Of a stretch of 64,000 bases of DNA, positions 37,352 to 46,616 are shown piece after piece (position 1 is the first letter of the stretch; every line of letters begins with the position of its first letter). Below the pieces are notes generated by a model. It did no database searches. It saw only the letters and a list, made by a program, of their open reading frames with translations, and was not told the DNA's origin. A program made the translations under genes and the position numbers. This DNA is from an uncultured Actinomycetota bacterium (GTDB lineage Bacteria; Actinomycetota; Actinomycetes; JAFAQI01): NCBI GenBank assembly GCA_963770565.1, contig CAVYQE010000002.1, positions 830,949-894,948 on the forward strand, read 5' to 3'.

Positions 37352-39340
37352 TCACGGTAGGGGTTCACCATGAAACGCCGCCACCGCGAGCTCCACTTCG
37401 GCATCGCCGGGGGGCCAGGTGCCATAGCACTCCTGCTCGAGCGTCGCGACCGCCGCGTCGAGCTGCCCGGCCGGCGCGACCCGGTCGACGTACTCCCGCG
37501 CGGTTTCCGCACGCTCCCGCTCGGGCGCCCGGCGCCGGGTGGTGAACCGCAGGAATGCGGCGAGCACCGGCCGGGCGTCGGCGTCGGCCGAGCGCCGCGA
37601 TCGAGGGCGGCCCCGCCGGCCGCGCAGCGCCTGGCCGATCGCGATCGCGAACAGCAGAGCGGCGATCGCCAGCCCGAGCAGTGCGGGCCGGCCGCCGGGC
37701 AGCGCGGCGGAGATCCGGTGCAGCACTGCGGTGAGGGTCGACCGCGAGCCGGCCGACGACGGTGCGAGCGGGACCCCCGCGGTCGGGTCGGTGGGCGACC
37801 AACCGATCCCCGGGTAGAAGACCTCCACCCACGCATGCGCATCGGCGGCGGTGAGCAGCCGGGTGTTGCCCTCGGGGGTGCCGTAGGCGAGGCCGGTCAC
37901 GACTCGAGCCGGTACGCCGAGGGTCCGCAGCATCACCGCGGTCGCCGACGCGAACTGCTCGCAGAAGCCGACGTGGTCGCGGAAGAGGAAGTCGGACACC
38001 GCGTCCTGGCCGGGACCCGGCACCGGGGAGTTGAGCGAGTAGGTCTCGTGCGCGCGCAGGTAGGCCTCGATCGCCCTGACCTGGGCGTAACGGGTCGGGG
38101 CGTGCGCCGTGAGCCCGTGGGCGAGCTGGGACACCCGGGCCGGCAGCTCGGCGGGCAGCGCGGTCCACATCGGGTTGATTCGGTCGGGCCCGGTGGCCGC
38201 GTCGAGGCGGCCCGGTGACATGGTCGCGACCGCGGAGGTCACGCGGTAGCCGGAGACCTCCTGCGAGCCCACGATCCGGACGTTGGTGGTGCCGCGGATG
38301 ACCCCGCGCAGTTGCCCGCCGATGCCGCGGACTTCCAGCGGTACGCCGGGGGCCCACATCAGCGAGCTGTGGAACCCGTTGGCGAAGATCGCCCGGTCCA
38401 CTCGGGTGTTGCCGGACGGCACCGGGTCGACCGGCGTCGTCGGCACGGTCGCCTGGGTGGCCGGCACGAACGACAGCCGCTCGTCGGGATCGGCCAGCCA
38501 CTCGTCGCCGGTGTAGGTGGTATAGATGCTGCCGCGCCACAGCGGCGGCGAGTCGGCCGGGACCCGGAGCAACGGGGTGGTCGGGAGCGACCCTCGGACC
38601 AGCAGGTCGAGCGTGCCCGCGCCGACCGTGTCGACGCCCACCGCACCGCGGGTGGTTGGTGCCGCGCTCGGTGTCGTGCCGACCGCGTCGTGCACCAGGT
38701 GGCTCGCCAGTCCGCCACCGCCCACCCCGGCCGGCAGGGCGAGGAAGACCAGGATGCCGGCCGCGAGCGAGGCGAGCACCGGCATCGCCGTACCGATCCG
38801 CCCGGGTTGAGGCGGCCTGGCCGGTTCCTTCTGGGTCGTTACGCTGGCGGCGAGCGCGGCGCGCTGGATGGCGGCCATCGCGAGCAGGACCAAGACCCAC
38901 GCGGTGACGAGCAGGATGTCGGTGGTGAGGCTCTGCGACCCGACCGCAGCCGCGATCAGGATGCCCGTGGTGACGCACAACCAGACCCGGTAGTCGCGGG
39001 CCGAGCGCCACGACGGCGCCATCGCCAGGGACAGCACCACGAGGGCTTCGGTGAACGACCGCATCGTCGACACCGGATTGGCGCGGATCGACACGTCGAG
39101 GATGTCCCGGGCGGTCACGAAGATCGCGAAGACGCCGATCACCGATACCGCGACGCCACGGACGATCCGGGCCAGCGCCTCGTCGACCGGGCCGGTCCGG
39201 CGGGCCACCGCGAGGGTGATGGTCACGGTGACCGGGAGCACCCACCACGGCAGCATTCCGGCCCGCGCCGCTGCGACCTGGGCCAGGCCGGCGGCGATGA
39301 CCACCCAGCCGCGGGTCTGCTGCAGGGACGAGGTGGTCAT
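37352..39340 (-). CDS. Membrane transglutaminase-like protein (TgpA type)
   Basis: Several N-terminal TM helices; catalytic GFCEQFA...HAWVEVF...DPT; start re-called to ATG 39340. Confidence 0.88.
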   Translation of the reverse strand: MTTSSLQQTRGWVVIAAGLAQVAAARAGMLPWWVLPVTVTITLAVARRTGPVDEALARIVRGVAVSVIGVFAIFVTARDILDVSIRANPVSTMRSFTEALVVLSLAMAPSWRSARDYRVWLCVTTGILIAAAVGSQSLTTDILLVTAWVLVLLAMAAIQRAALAASVTTQKEPARPPQPGRIGTAMPVLASLAAGILVFLALPAGVGGGGLASHLVHDAVGTTPSAAPTTRGAVGVDTVGAGTLDLLVRGSLPTTPLLRVPADSPPLWRGSIYTTYTGDEWLADPDERLSFVPATQATVPTTPVDPVPSGNTRVDRAIFANGFHSSLMWAPGVPLEVRGIGGQLRGVIRGTTNVRIVGSQEVSGYRVTSAVATMSPGRLDAATGPDRINPMWTALPAELPARVSQLAHGLTAHAPTRYAQVRAIEAYLRAHETYSLNSPVPGPGQDAVSDFLFRDHVGFCEQFASATAVMLRTLGVPARVVTGLAYGTPEGNTRLLTAADAHAWVEVFYPGIGWSPTDPTAGVPLAPSSAGSRSTLTAVLHRISAALPGGRPALLGLAIAALLFAIAIGQALRGRRGRPRSRRSADADARPVLAAFLRFTTRRRAPERERAETAREYVDRVAPAGQLDAAVATLEQECYGTWPPGDAEVELAVAAFHGEPLP

Positions 39341-40410
39341 CGGCGTACCGAGGTCGGATCGATGCCGATCGCCATGATGCTCACGCCGGCGGTGCGGGCG
39401 GCGTGCTGCAGCTCGGCCGGTGCGGCTTCGGTCGAGAGCCAGAGCAGGGTCGTGCCCGGCCCTTGCTCGCGGACCAAGGGGATCACCCGGGCCGGGTCGC
39501 TCGCTGCGGTGTCGTCGAGCTCGGCGAACCAGTCCAGGATGTCGCCCGCGGCCAGGGGCGCGCCGGCCTCGGACCCGCGGACCAGCGTGACCGGATTGCC
39601 CGACCGCCGGGCGGCGACCGCGGTGGCCGCCGTGCGTGCCACCGCCGACTCCCAGCCGGGCGTGGCGGCGCTCGGGCCGACCACGACGACGAGCGCGGCT
39701 CCGGCCGGCCGCTCGCGCTCCATGACGATCAGCTGGTTGCGTCGCGCGGAGGCGCGCCAGTGGACGTTGGCGGCGGTGTCGCCCGACCGCCACTCGCGGG
39801 TGCCGTAGAACTCGATCCCGTGCCCGCTGCGACTCGACCCTGGCATCGCCGCTGCGCTGCCCGCCGCGAGCTCGGGCAGCGGGATCGGGCCGGCCGGCGC
39901 CGGGTGGACCCAGGCCGGCTCGGCGATCGGGAATCGCCGGCGCCGGACGAAGCCGCCCAGCGGCGAGTGCGCTTCGAGCACATCGCTCCCGCCGGCCGGC
40001 CAGTGCCCGCGCAGCGTCGGCCGGCCCCGCAGCTCGATCGCGACCTCGGCGCCCGGATGCAACGTCGGGGTCATCGCACGGATCGGGCTGAACGCCGGGT
40101 GGTCCTCGATCAGCAGGATCGGAGCGAGCTCGGTACGCCGTCGGCGCGGCAGCGTCACGATGACCTGGATCGGCACCTCGACGCCGGCCGTCATCCGGCT
40201 CGGGCTGTGCCGGATGAGGGTGACGCCCTCGATGTGCGGGGTCAGCGCTGCGTCGCCGATCACCGCGCCGAGCGCGGCCGCGGCAGCGACCGTGATCGAG
40301 GTCGAGCCGACCAGCCGGCCGAGCAGCTCGAGCAGGCTGGAGGCAGCGAACAGCAGCGCGGCGGTTCGGGTTGGCCGCGGGATCGCGGTGGCCCGCAGCA
40401 GGTTAGGCAC
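39337..40410 (-). CDS. DUF58 domain protein
   Basis: EFYGTREWRSGD...VHWRASAR...MERE; lies between MoxR and the transglutaminase. Confidence 0.85.
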   Translation of the reverse strand: MPNLLRATAIPRPTRTAALLFAASSLLELLGRLVGSTSITVAAAAALGAVIGDAALTPHIEGVTLIRHSPSRMTAGVEVPIQVIVTLPRRRRTELAPILLIEDHPAFSPIRAMTPTLHPGAEVAIELRGRPTLRGHWPAGGSDVLEAHSPLGGFVRRRRFPIAEPAWVHPAPAGPIPLPELAAGSAAAMPGSSRSGHGIEFYGTREWRSGDTAANVHWRASARRNQLIVMERERPAGAALVVVVGPSAATPGWESAVARTAATAVAARRSGNPVTLVRGSEAGAPLAAGDILDWFAELDDTAASDPARVIPLVREQGPGTTLLWLSTEAAPAELQHAARTAGVSIMAIGIDPTSVRR

Positions 40411-41368
40411 CGGACAGCGGCGCGGGCGCCGTACGGATCACCTCGGCGACGATCCGGGCCGCGGTGGTCCGGTCACGGTCGTTGGCGGCCAGGGTGAGGC
40501 GGTGGGCGAGCACCGGGACCGCGAGGGTCTTGATGTCGTCCGGCAGCACGTGCGGCCGGCCGGCCAGCAAGGTGAGCGCCTGAGCGCAGCGCACCAGGGC
40601 GATGCTGGCCCGAGTGCTGGCGCCGATGCCGACCAGCGGATGCGAGCGGGTGAGCGCGGTCAGGGTCACCGCATAGGCGAGCACCGAGTCGGCGACGTGG
40701 ATCTGGCGCACTGCCCGGCGCAGGGCCGCGACCTGGTCAGGGGTCATGACCGGCTGGAGGGCGTCGACGGTCGGTCCGGCTAGCTGCTCTCGCACGATCT
40801 GGCGCTCGACCTCTTCGGTGTTGAGCCCGGGGTGGATCAGCGCAGTGAAGCGGTCGAGCTGGCCCTCGGGCAACGGGTAGGTCCCCCACTGCTCGTACGG
40901 GTTCTGGGTGGCGAGCAGTACGAACGGCTCGGGCAGCTGGTGACGGACGCCGTCGACGGTCACTGCGCCCTCGTCCATGGCCTCGAGCAGGGCCGACTGG
41001 GTCCGAGGTGAGGTGCGGTTCAGCTCATCGACGAGGACAACGTTGGCGAAGATCGGGCCGGGGACGAAGGTGAACCCGCCGTGGGCCGGGTCCCACACGG
41101 CCGAGCCGGTGATGTCGGCCGGCATCAGGTCGGCGGTGCCCTGGATCCGGCGGAAGCTGCCGCCGAGGGCGTGCGCGAGCGCGCGGGCCAGCGTGGTCTT
41201 GCCGGAGCCGGGGACGTCCTCGATCAGCACGTGCCCGCCCGCGATCACCGCGGCGATGGTCAGCTCGACCGCGGCCCGGCGGCCGATGACGACCTCTTCG
41301 ACGGCAGCGACGAGCGCGCGAGCGTCGTCATGGGCGCCCGTGTCCCGGGCCACCGGTGACGCGGTCAC
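40403..41368 (-). CDS. MoxR family AAA+ ATPase
   Basis: [61 protein letters not shown]; start re-called to GTG 41368. Confidence 0.93.
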   Translation of the reverse strand: MTASPVARDTGAHDDARALVAAVEEVVIGRRAAVELTIAAVIAGGHVLIEDVPGSGKTTLARALAHALGGSFRRIQGTADLMPADITGSAVWDPAHGGFTFVPGPIFANVVLVDELNRTSPRTQSALLEAMDEGAVTVDGVRHQLPEPFVLLATQNPYEQWGTYPLPEGQLDRFTALIHPGLNTEEVERQIVREQLAGPTVDALQPVMTPDQVAALRRAVRQIHVADSVLAYAVTLTALTRSHPLVGIGASTRASIALVRCAQALTLLAGRPHVLPDDIKTLAVPVLAHRLTLAANDRDRTTAARIVAEVIRTAPAPLSGA

Positions 41369-41500
41369 GGGGCTGCCTCCAGAATCGACATCACGTATTT
41401 CTTCGACCCAAACTGGGCACAACTTCAGCCGTGGCGTGATCGGGTGGCCGGGTACTGGCAGAATCAACGAGGACGGGTCGATGCCGTCAGGAGGTTACGG

Positions 41501-41893
41501 GTGCCAGACCAGACTCAGGTCATCCGCCCGGCTGCGGTGCTGCGCGAGACCGAGGCCCGGCGGGTGGTCACTGCGCTCACCGCGCTGGACGTCGCCGATG
41601 GCGGGGTCTGGAACATCAACCCCGGTCTGTGGCAGCGCTACGACAAGCCCTGGGACGGACCCGGCGGGATGGCCGGCAACTCGAAGCTGATCGGCACGAT
41701 CGGGTCGACGTACGGCGTACCGACCCGCTACGACATCACGCTGTATCGCGTCACGGTCACCGTGCACGGGCTTGAGATCGGCTGGACGGTCGACTCGCTG
41801 TGCAACGACGCGCTGGGTTACGCGGGGCTCACGCTCCAGAGCTGCCATCGCGCCGAACTCAAAGAACCCCCGCGCCAGGACCCGTTCCACTAA
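41501..41893 (+). CDS. Hypothetical protein (130 aa)
   Basis: RBS AGGAGG at 41489 before GTG 41501; typical high-GC3 codon use; no recognised motif. Confidence 0.7.
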   Translation: MPDQTQVIRPAAVLRETEARRVVTALTALDVADGGVWNINPGLWQRYDKPWDGPGGMAGNSKLIGTIGSTYGVPTRYDITLYRVTVTVHGLEIGWTVDSLCNDALGYAGLTLQSCHRAELKEPPRQDPFH

Positions 41894-41917
41894 TCTACCC
41901 CAAGGCACTAACCCGTA

Positions 41918-42003
41918 CCAAGCAATGTCACATTGCCCCGGCAAAGCCGGGGGCAATGTGACACCACCCCGACAAATCTCTGGGCAATGTGACATTGCTT
42001 TGG
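41918..42003. repeat. Dispersed ~85-bp palindromic element, copy 3
   Basis: GCAATGTCACATTGC 41922, GCAATGTGACACCAC 41953, GCAATGTGACATTGC 41984; between convergent genes. Confidence 0.9.
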
Positions 42004-42028
42004 CCCAGGTCGGCGGGGGTCGCGTTCG

Positions 42029-43147
42029 TCAACTGATCGTGGACTTGATCACTTTCAGGCGGGGGCCGCTCTGGTAGAAGATGCCGGGCTGGGTCTGGAA
42101 GCCGAGGCTGGGGTTGTCGTGCAGGGTTGAGTGCGAGATCGTCGCCGAGCCGCTGTTGTCGTCGCTGACGAAGAAGATCGCGCCGCCGCCTTCCTTCGCG
42201 TGGTTGTTGGTCATCGAGCTGCCCTGGACCAACAGCGTCATCAGGTCGCCGTCCATGTAGATCGCGCCGCCGCTGCCGCCGCCCGGACTTCCATGCGGTG
42301 CCGGGTTGGCGCCATGGCCGATCGCGCGGTTGTTGGTGAACAGGCTGTTGGTCACGACCCAGGACACCCCGATGCTCGACAGCGCGCTGCCGTTGGAGCA
42401 CCGGCCGCCGCGGAAGGTGTCGTTGGTGATGTAGACCGGCCGGTTGTGGAACTGCTCGAGCGCGCGGATCGCCGCGCCGCCGAGGTCGGGCCCGACCCGG
42501 TAGCAGCGGTTGTCGAGGAAGGTCGTGTCGACCACCTTGAGCTGGCCGCCGAGGTCGAAGATCGCGCCGCCGCCGTAGTTCGAGGTCGGCGTCTGCGTCA
42601 CCTGCGAGTTGCCGTCCTCGAGGGTGATGTGCTGCAGGATCAGGTCCGGCCACATCTGGTTGTTGCAGTGGTCAGTGGTCCACTTCCGGCTCTGGTCGCA
42701 GGTGTTCTTGTAGAGGATCCGGCGCTTGCCGCCGCCACTCAGCGCAACTTTGCCGCCGCCGTCCAGCACGACCTGGTGCTCGGTGTTCCACAGCTTTGCG
42801 GTCGCCTTCATGACGATCGTCACGGGCTTCGGGCCGCAGTTGAACGTGATCACGCCGCCCTTGGCGACCGCCTTCACCACGGCCGCCGACGTACAGCTGG
42901 CCGGGGTGCCGTGGCCGATCACGTGGTTGGGGTGGCTGGTGTTGACCGCTCCGCCGCCGGGTGGCACCGGGACGTTGCCATTCGGATTGCCGGCTTCGGG
43001 CCGCGCGGTGGTCGACGTGGTGGTGCTCGGATGCGTCGCGTGGGCACCCACCGACACCCCGGCCGACGCGATTCCGGCACCGCTCGTGACAACCGCGAGT
43101 CCGGATGCCGCAACCGTGACCGCCAAGCCCCAACGCACGGATCCCAT
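42029..43147 (-). CDS. Secreted parallel beta-helix protein with GGAI/F-x2-N repeats
   Basis: Signal peptide; GGGAIF, GGAAIR, SGGAIY, GGGAIF plus FLDNRC and FTNNRA motifs typical of Pmp-like beta-helices. Confidence 0.75.
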   Translation of the reverse strand: MGSVRWGLAVTVAASGLAVVTSGAGIASAGVSVGAHATHPSTTTSTTARPEAGNPNGNVPVPPGGGAVNTSHPNHVIGHGTPASCTSAAVVKAVAKGGVITFNCGPKPVTIVMKATAKLWNTEHQVVLDGGGKVALSGGGKRRILYKNTCDQSRKWTTDHCNNQMWPDLILQHITLEDGNSQVTQTPTSNYGGGAIFDLGGQLKVVDTTFLDNRCYRVGPDLGGAAIRALEQFHNRPVYITNDTFRGGRCSNGSALSSIGVSWVVTNSLFTNNRAIGHGANPAPHGSPGGGSGGAIYMDGDLMTLLVQGSSMTNNHAKEGGGAIFFVSDDNSGSATISHSTLHDNPSLGFQTQPGIFYQSGPRLKVIKSTIS

Positions 43148-43212
43148 GGAATTCGATGCTAGGTGCGCGACCGGCCTGCGGCCGTAGGCGTACTGGGTGA
43201 AACGCCGCCCGG

Positions 43213-45732
43213 CTATTCGCTGGCGATCGCCGCGAGGACGTCGAGCTTCGCCGCGCGCCGGGCCGGCCAGCTCGCCGCGACCAGCCCGAGTACGGCGGAC
43301 AGGATCAGGAAGATCACCAGGCTGGAGATCGGTACGACGGTGTCGGTGATGCCCTGCGCGTGCAGCGAGGCGACGAGCGCGATGCCCAGGCCGGTGCCGA
43401 TGACGACACCGATGATCGCGCCGAAGACCGCGAGGATGACCGCTTCGGAGCGGATCATTGCCCGGATCTGGCGCCGTCTCATGCCGACCGCGCGGAGCAG
43501 GCCGATCTCGTGGGTGCGCTCGAACACCGAGAGCATCAAGGTGTTGACGATCCCGATCAGGGCGATGATCACGGCCAGCCCCAGCAGCGCGTAGATCAGC
43601 CCGAGCAGCTTGTTGACCTGCTTGGTCTGCGCGTGTTCGAACTCGGCCCGGCTCTGCACCTGCACGGTCGGGAACGCCGCCAGCGCGGCCTTGACCCGCT
43701 GCTCCACGCCAGCGCTGCCATCGGTCTTGACCAGCGTGGCGCCGGGCAGTGGGTTCAGGAAGTGTGACCGGTAGAACCCGTCACCCACGAGGTAGCTGCC
43801 GATCAGCGCGTTCGGTTTGAAGATCGCACCGATCCGCATCTGTGCCGCGCCGGTACGTGCGAACTTCACCGGCACGCTGTCGCCGACCGAGAGGTGGTCG
43901 GACTTCGCCGTGGTGGAGTCGACGAGCAGGTTCCCCGCCGCGAGTGCGCTGGTCCTGCCCGCGGTCAACCGCAGGATCACCGTCTCGGCGAGGCCCTTGG
44001 TCGGTACGGCGATCAGGTTCTCGATCGAGTGGCGGACTTCGAACTGGCCGCCGTACCCGGTGACCGTCGCGGTCACGCCCGGGACCGCGGCAACCAGCTT
44101 CGGCACGGCGTTGCTGAACGAGCCGGACGACGCGCTGTTGGTCGTGATGAGCAGGTCTGCGCTGATCGCGTTGTCGACGCTGCTCGTCGCCGACTTCGAG
44201 GTCGAGGCGCCGAACACCGCCATTGCCGAGACGAGGGCGAGACCAACCATGAGGGCCGACGCGGTCTGCGCGGTGCGCCGCGGGCTGCGCATGGAGTTCT
44301 CCCGGCCGAGCTTGCCGGCAACACCCAGGACCGATGCGAGCGGTCGGCCGAGCGCGCTGGACAGCGGCCGCGCGATCGCCGGGGCCAGCATCGCGACCCC
44401 GATGAACAGCCCGAGCGCGCCGACACCAACCAGTTGGATCGCCGGCTTGGCGAGCCCGATCGCCAGGGCGAGCGCGCCGAGCAGTGCGACGCCGGCGCCC
44501 CACAAGACCCGGCGCCGGATCGAGACTTCGCGACCGGCGTACTGCTCGCTGATCGCGGCGACCGGCGCGATCCGGACCGCGCGCCGGGCCGGGCTGATCG
44601 CCGCGATGACCGTCACTCCGACGCCGACCGCCAGGGCCACGACGACGGTGCGAGTCTCGAAGACCGGCGAGCCGGAGGGCAGCGCGATGCCGAAGCCGCG
44701 CAGGATCGCCTCGAGACCGATCGCGGCGAGGACACCGAGCCCGAGGCCGATCAGCGACGACACGAAGCCCACGATGGCGGCCTCGCCGAGGACCGATCGG
44801 AACACCTGCCGGCGGCTCGCGCCGACGATCCGGAGCAACGCGAGCTCGCGGGTTCGCTGGCCGACGATGATCGAAAATGTATTGAGGATCGTGAAGGCGC
44901 CGACGAACAGCGAGATGAACGCGAAGACCAGCAGCGCGGTCGAGAAGAAGCCCAGCGCCTTGTCGATCGACGTGGTCTGCTCGTTGACCACGGTCTGGCC
45001 GGTGACGACCTCGACGCCCGGCGGCAGCACTTGCCTGATCCCGCGCTCGACCGCGGCCTGGTTGGCGCCGGGCGAGGCGACGATGCTGATCGTGTCGAAC
45101 TTCCCGTTTTCGCGCAGCAGCGACTGTGCGGTCGGGAGGTCGAACGCCGCGAGCGTGGCGCCGGCCAGGTTGTTGGCGCTGCCGAACCGCGCGATGCCGC
45201 TGATGGTGAACGTTTTCGGCTCGGGCAGCAGGACGCGGACCTGGTTGCCGACCGCGAAGTGGTACTTCTGCGCCGTACCTGCATCCATCACGACGTCGGT
45301 CGCGGTCGTCGGGGCGCTACCGCTCACCAGGTGCAGCTCGGAGAGCCGTTGGTCGGGATCGAAGGAGAGACCTATGGTCGGCGCGCCGCCGTTCGAGATC
45401 GCCTTGCCGGCGCGGGAGATGAACTGCGCGTAGCCGCCGACCGATCCCGCCGCAGCCTCGACCCCAGGCACCCGTTGGACCGCAGGAAGGATCGACTCGG
45501 GGATCGGGTTGCGGGTCGCGCCGGCGCCGTTGTCGGAGAACTGCGCGACGCCACGGACCTGGAAGTCGATGTTCTGGTAGATGTTGCTGACCAGACCGGT
45601 GAACGTGCTGTGCAGGGTGTCGGTGAGGATGTAGGTCCCCGAGATGAACGTCACGCCGAGCACGATCGCGATCGCGGTCAGCGCGAGGCGGAGCTTGTGC
45701 GCGAGCAGCCCTTTGATCGTGACTCGCCACAT
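43213..45732 (-). CDS. ABC transporter permease (FtsX/MacB-like)
   Basis: HKLRLALTAIAIVLGV, NTFSIIVGQRTRELALLR, NTLMLSVFERTHEIGLLRAVG; start re-called to ATG 45732. Confidence 0.93.
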   Translation of the reverse strand: MWRVTIKGLLAHKLRLALTAIAIVLGVTFISGTYILTDTLHSTFTGLVSNIYQNIDFQVRGVAQFSDNGAGATRNPIPESILPAVQRVPGVEAAAGSVGGYAQFISRAGKAISNGGAPTIGLSFDPDQRLSELHLVSGSAPTTATDVVMDAGTAQKYHFAVGNQVRVLLPEPKTFTISGIARFGSANNLAGATLAAFDLPTAQSLLRENGKFDTISIVASPGANQAAVERGIRQVLPPGVEVVTGQTVVNEQTTSIDKALGFFSTALLVFAFISLFVGAFTILNTFSIIVGQRTRELALLRIVGASRRQVFRSVLGEAAIVGFVSSLIGLGLGVLAAIGLEAILRGFGIALPSGSPVFETRTVVVALAVGVGVTVIAAISPARRAVRIAPVAAISEQYAGREVSIRRRVLWGAGVALLGALALAIGLAKPAIQLVGVGALGLFIGVAMLAPAIARPLSSALGRPLASVLGVAGKLGRENSMRSPRRTAQTASALMVGLALVSAMAVFGASTSKSATSSVDNAISADLLITTNSASSGSFSNAVPKLVAAVPGVTATVTGYGGQFEVRHSIENLIAVPTKGLAETVILRLTAGRTSALAAGNLLVDSTTAKSDHLSVGDSVPVKFARTGAAQMRIGAIFKPNALIGSYLVGDGFYRSHFLNPLPGATLVKTDGSAGVEQRVKAALAAFPTVQVQSRAEFEHAQTKQVNKLLGLIYALLGLAVIIALIGIVNTLMLSVFERTHEIGLLRAVGMRRRQIRAMIRSEAVILAVFGAIIGVVIGTGLGIALVASLHAQGITDTVVPISSLVIFLILSAVLGLVAASWPARRAAKLDVLAAIASE

Positions 45733-45733
45733 C

Positions 45734-46492
45734 TCAGCTGCCCAGCGTCCGCATTCGCTCGAGCACCGAGTCGGCGGTGGGTTGCTCGAGCTCGTCGACC
45801 ACGTTGCCGTCGGCGAGGAACAGCACCCGGTCGGCGTACGCCGCTCCACGCGGGTCGTGGGTGACCATCACGATCGACTGGTTCAGCTCGCTCACTGAAC
45901 GGCGGAGGAAGGCCATCATCTCGGCCGAAGAGTTGGAGTCGAGGTTGCCGGTGGGCTCATCAGCGAAGATCAGGTCCGGCCGATTGATCAGCGCGCGCGC
46001 ACACGCGACCCGCTGCTGTTGCCCGCCGGACATCTCGGTGGGTCGATGGGTCAGCCGGTCGCCGATGCCCAACGCGGCGACCAGGTAGTCGAACCAGGCT
46101 TGGTCGACCTTGCGCCCGGCGAGGGCGAGCGGAAGGGTGATGTTCTCCGCTGCCGTCAGCGTGGGCACCAGGTTGAAGGACTGGAAGACGAAGCCGATCC
46201 GGTCCCGCCGCATCTGGGTCAGGTCGTCGTCGTTGAGCCCGCCGATGTCGAGCGATCCGACGAAGCACTGGCCGGACGTCGGACGATCAAGGCCCGCCAT
46301 GCAGTGCATAAGCGTCGACTTGCCCGAACCCGACGGGCCCATGACAGCGGTGAACCGGCTGCGCTCGAAGGACAGCGTGATCCCGGACAGGGCGTTGACC
46401 GTCGCCGGCCCGGTGCCGTAGGTCTTGCGCAGGTCGACCGCATGCGCGGCCGATCCGCCGTTCTGACCGACTGGTTGGGTCGTGTCCGTCAT
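45734..46492 (-). CDS. ABC transporter ATP-binding protein (LolD/MacB-like)
   Basis: [31 protein letters not shown]. Confidence 0.96.
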   Translation of the reverse strand: MTDTTQPVGQNGGSAAHAVDLRKTYGTGPATVNALSGITLSFERSRFTAVMGPSGSGKSTLMHCMAGLDRPTSGQCFVGSLDIGGLNDDDLTQMRRDRIGFVFQSFNLVPTLTAAENITLPLALAGRKVDQAWFDYLVAALGIGDRLTHRPTEMSGGQQQRVACARALINRPDLIFADEPTGNLDSNSSAEMMAFLRRSVSELNQSIVMVTHDPRGAAYADRVLFLADGNVVDELEQPTADSVLERMRTLGS

Positions 46493-46616
46493 CAGCTCTC
46501 GTCCTCGCCCGGTCCTCGGACCGGCTCGACCCCCGTGCGACCGGCAGCGTACCTACCCACCCGTACGGCGGGTCTACCCGGTCGGCTGGGTGGTCGGGCG
46601 GTCGTGCGGTCTCTCG

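Noticed and set aside
46545-46600. Response-regulator-like TACCC repeats upstream of the ABC transporter
   Set aside because: Short and degenerate, with no cognate two-component system in the window.
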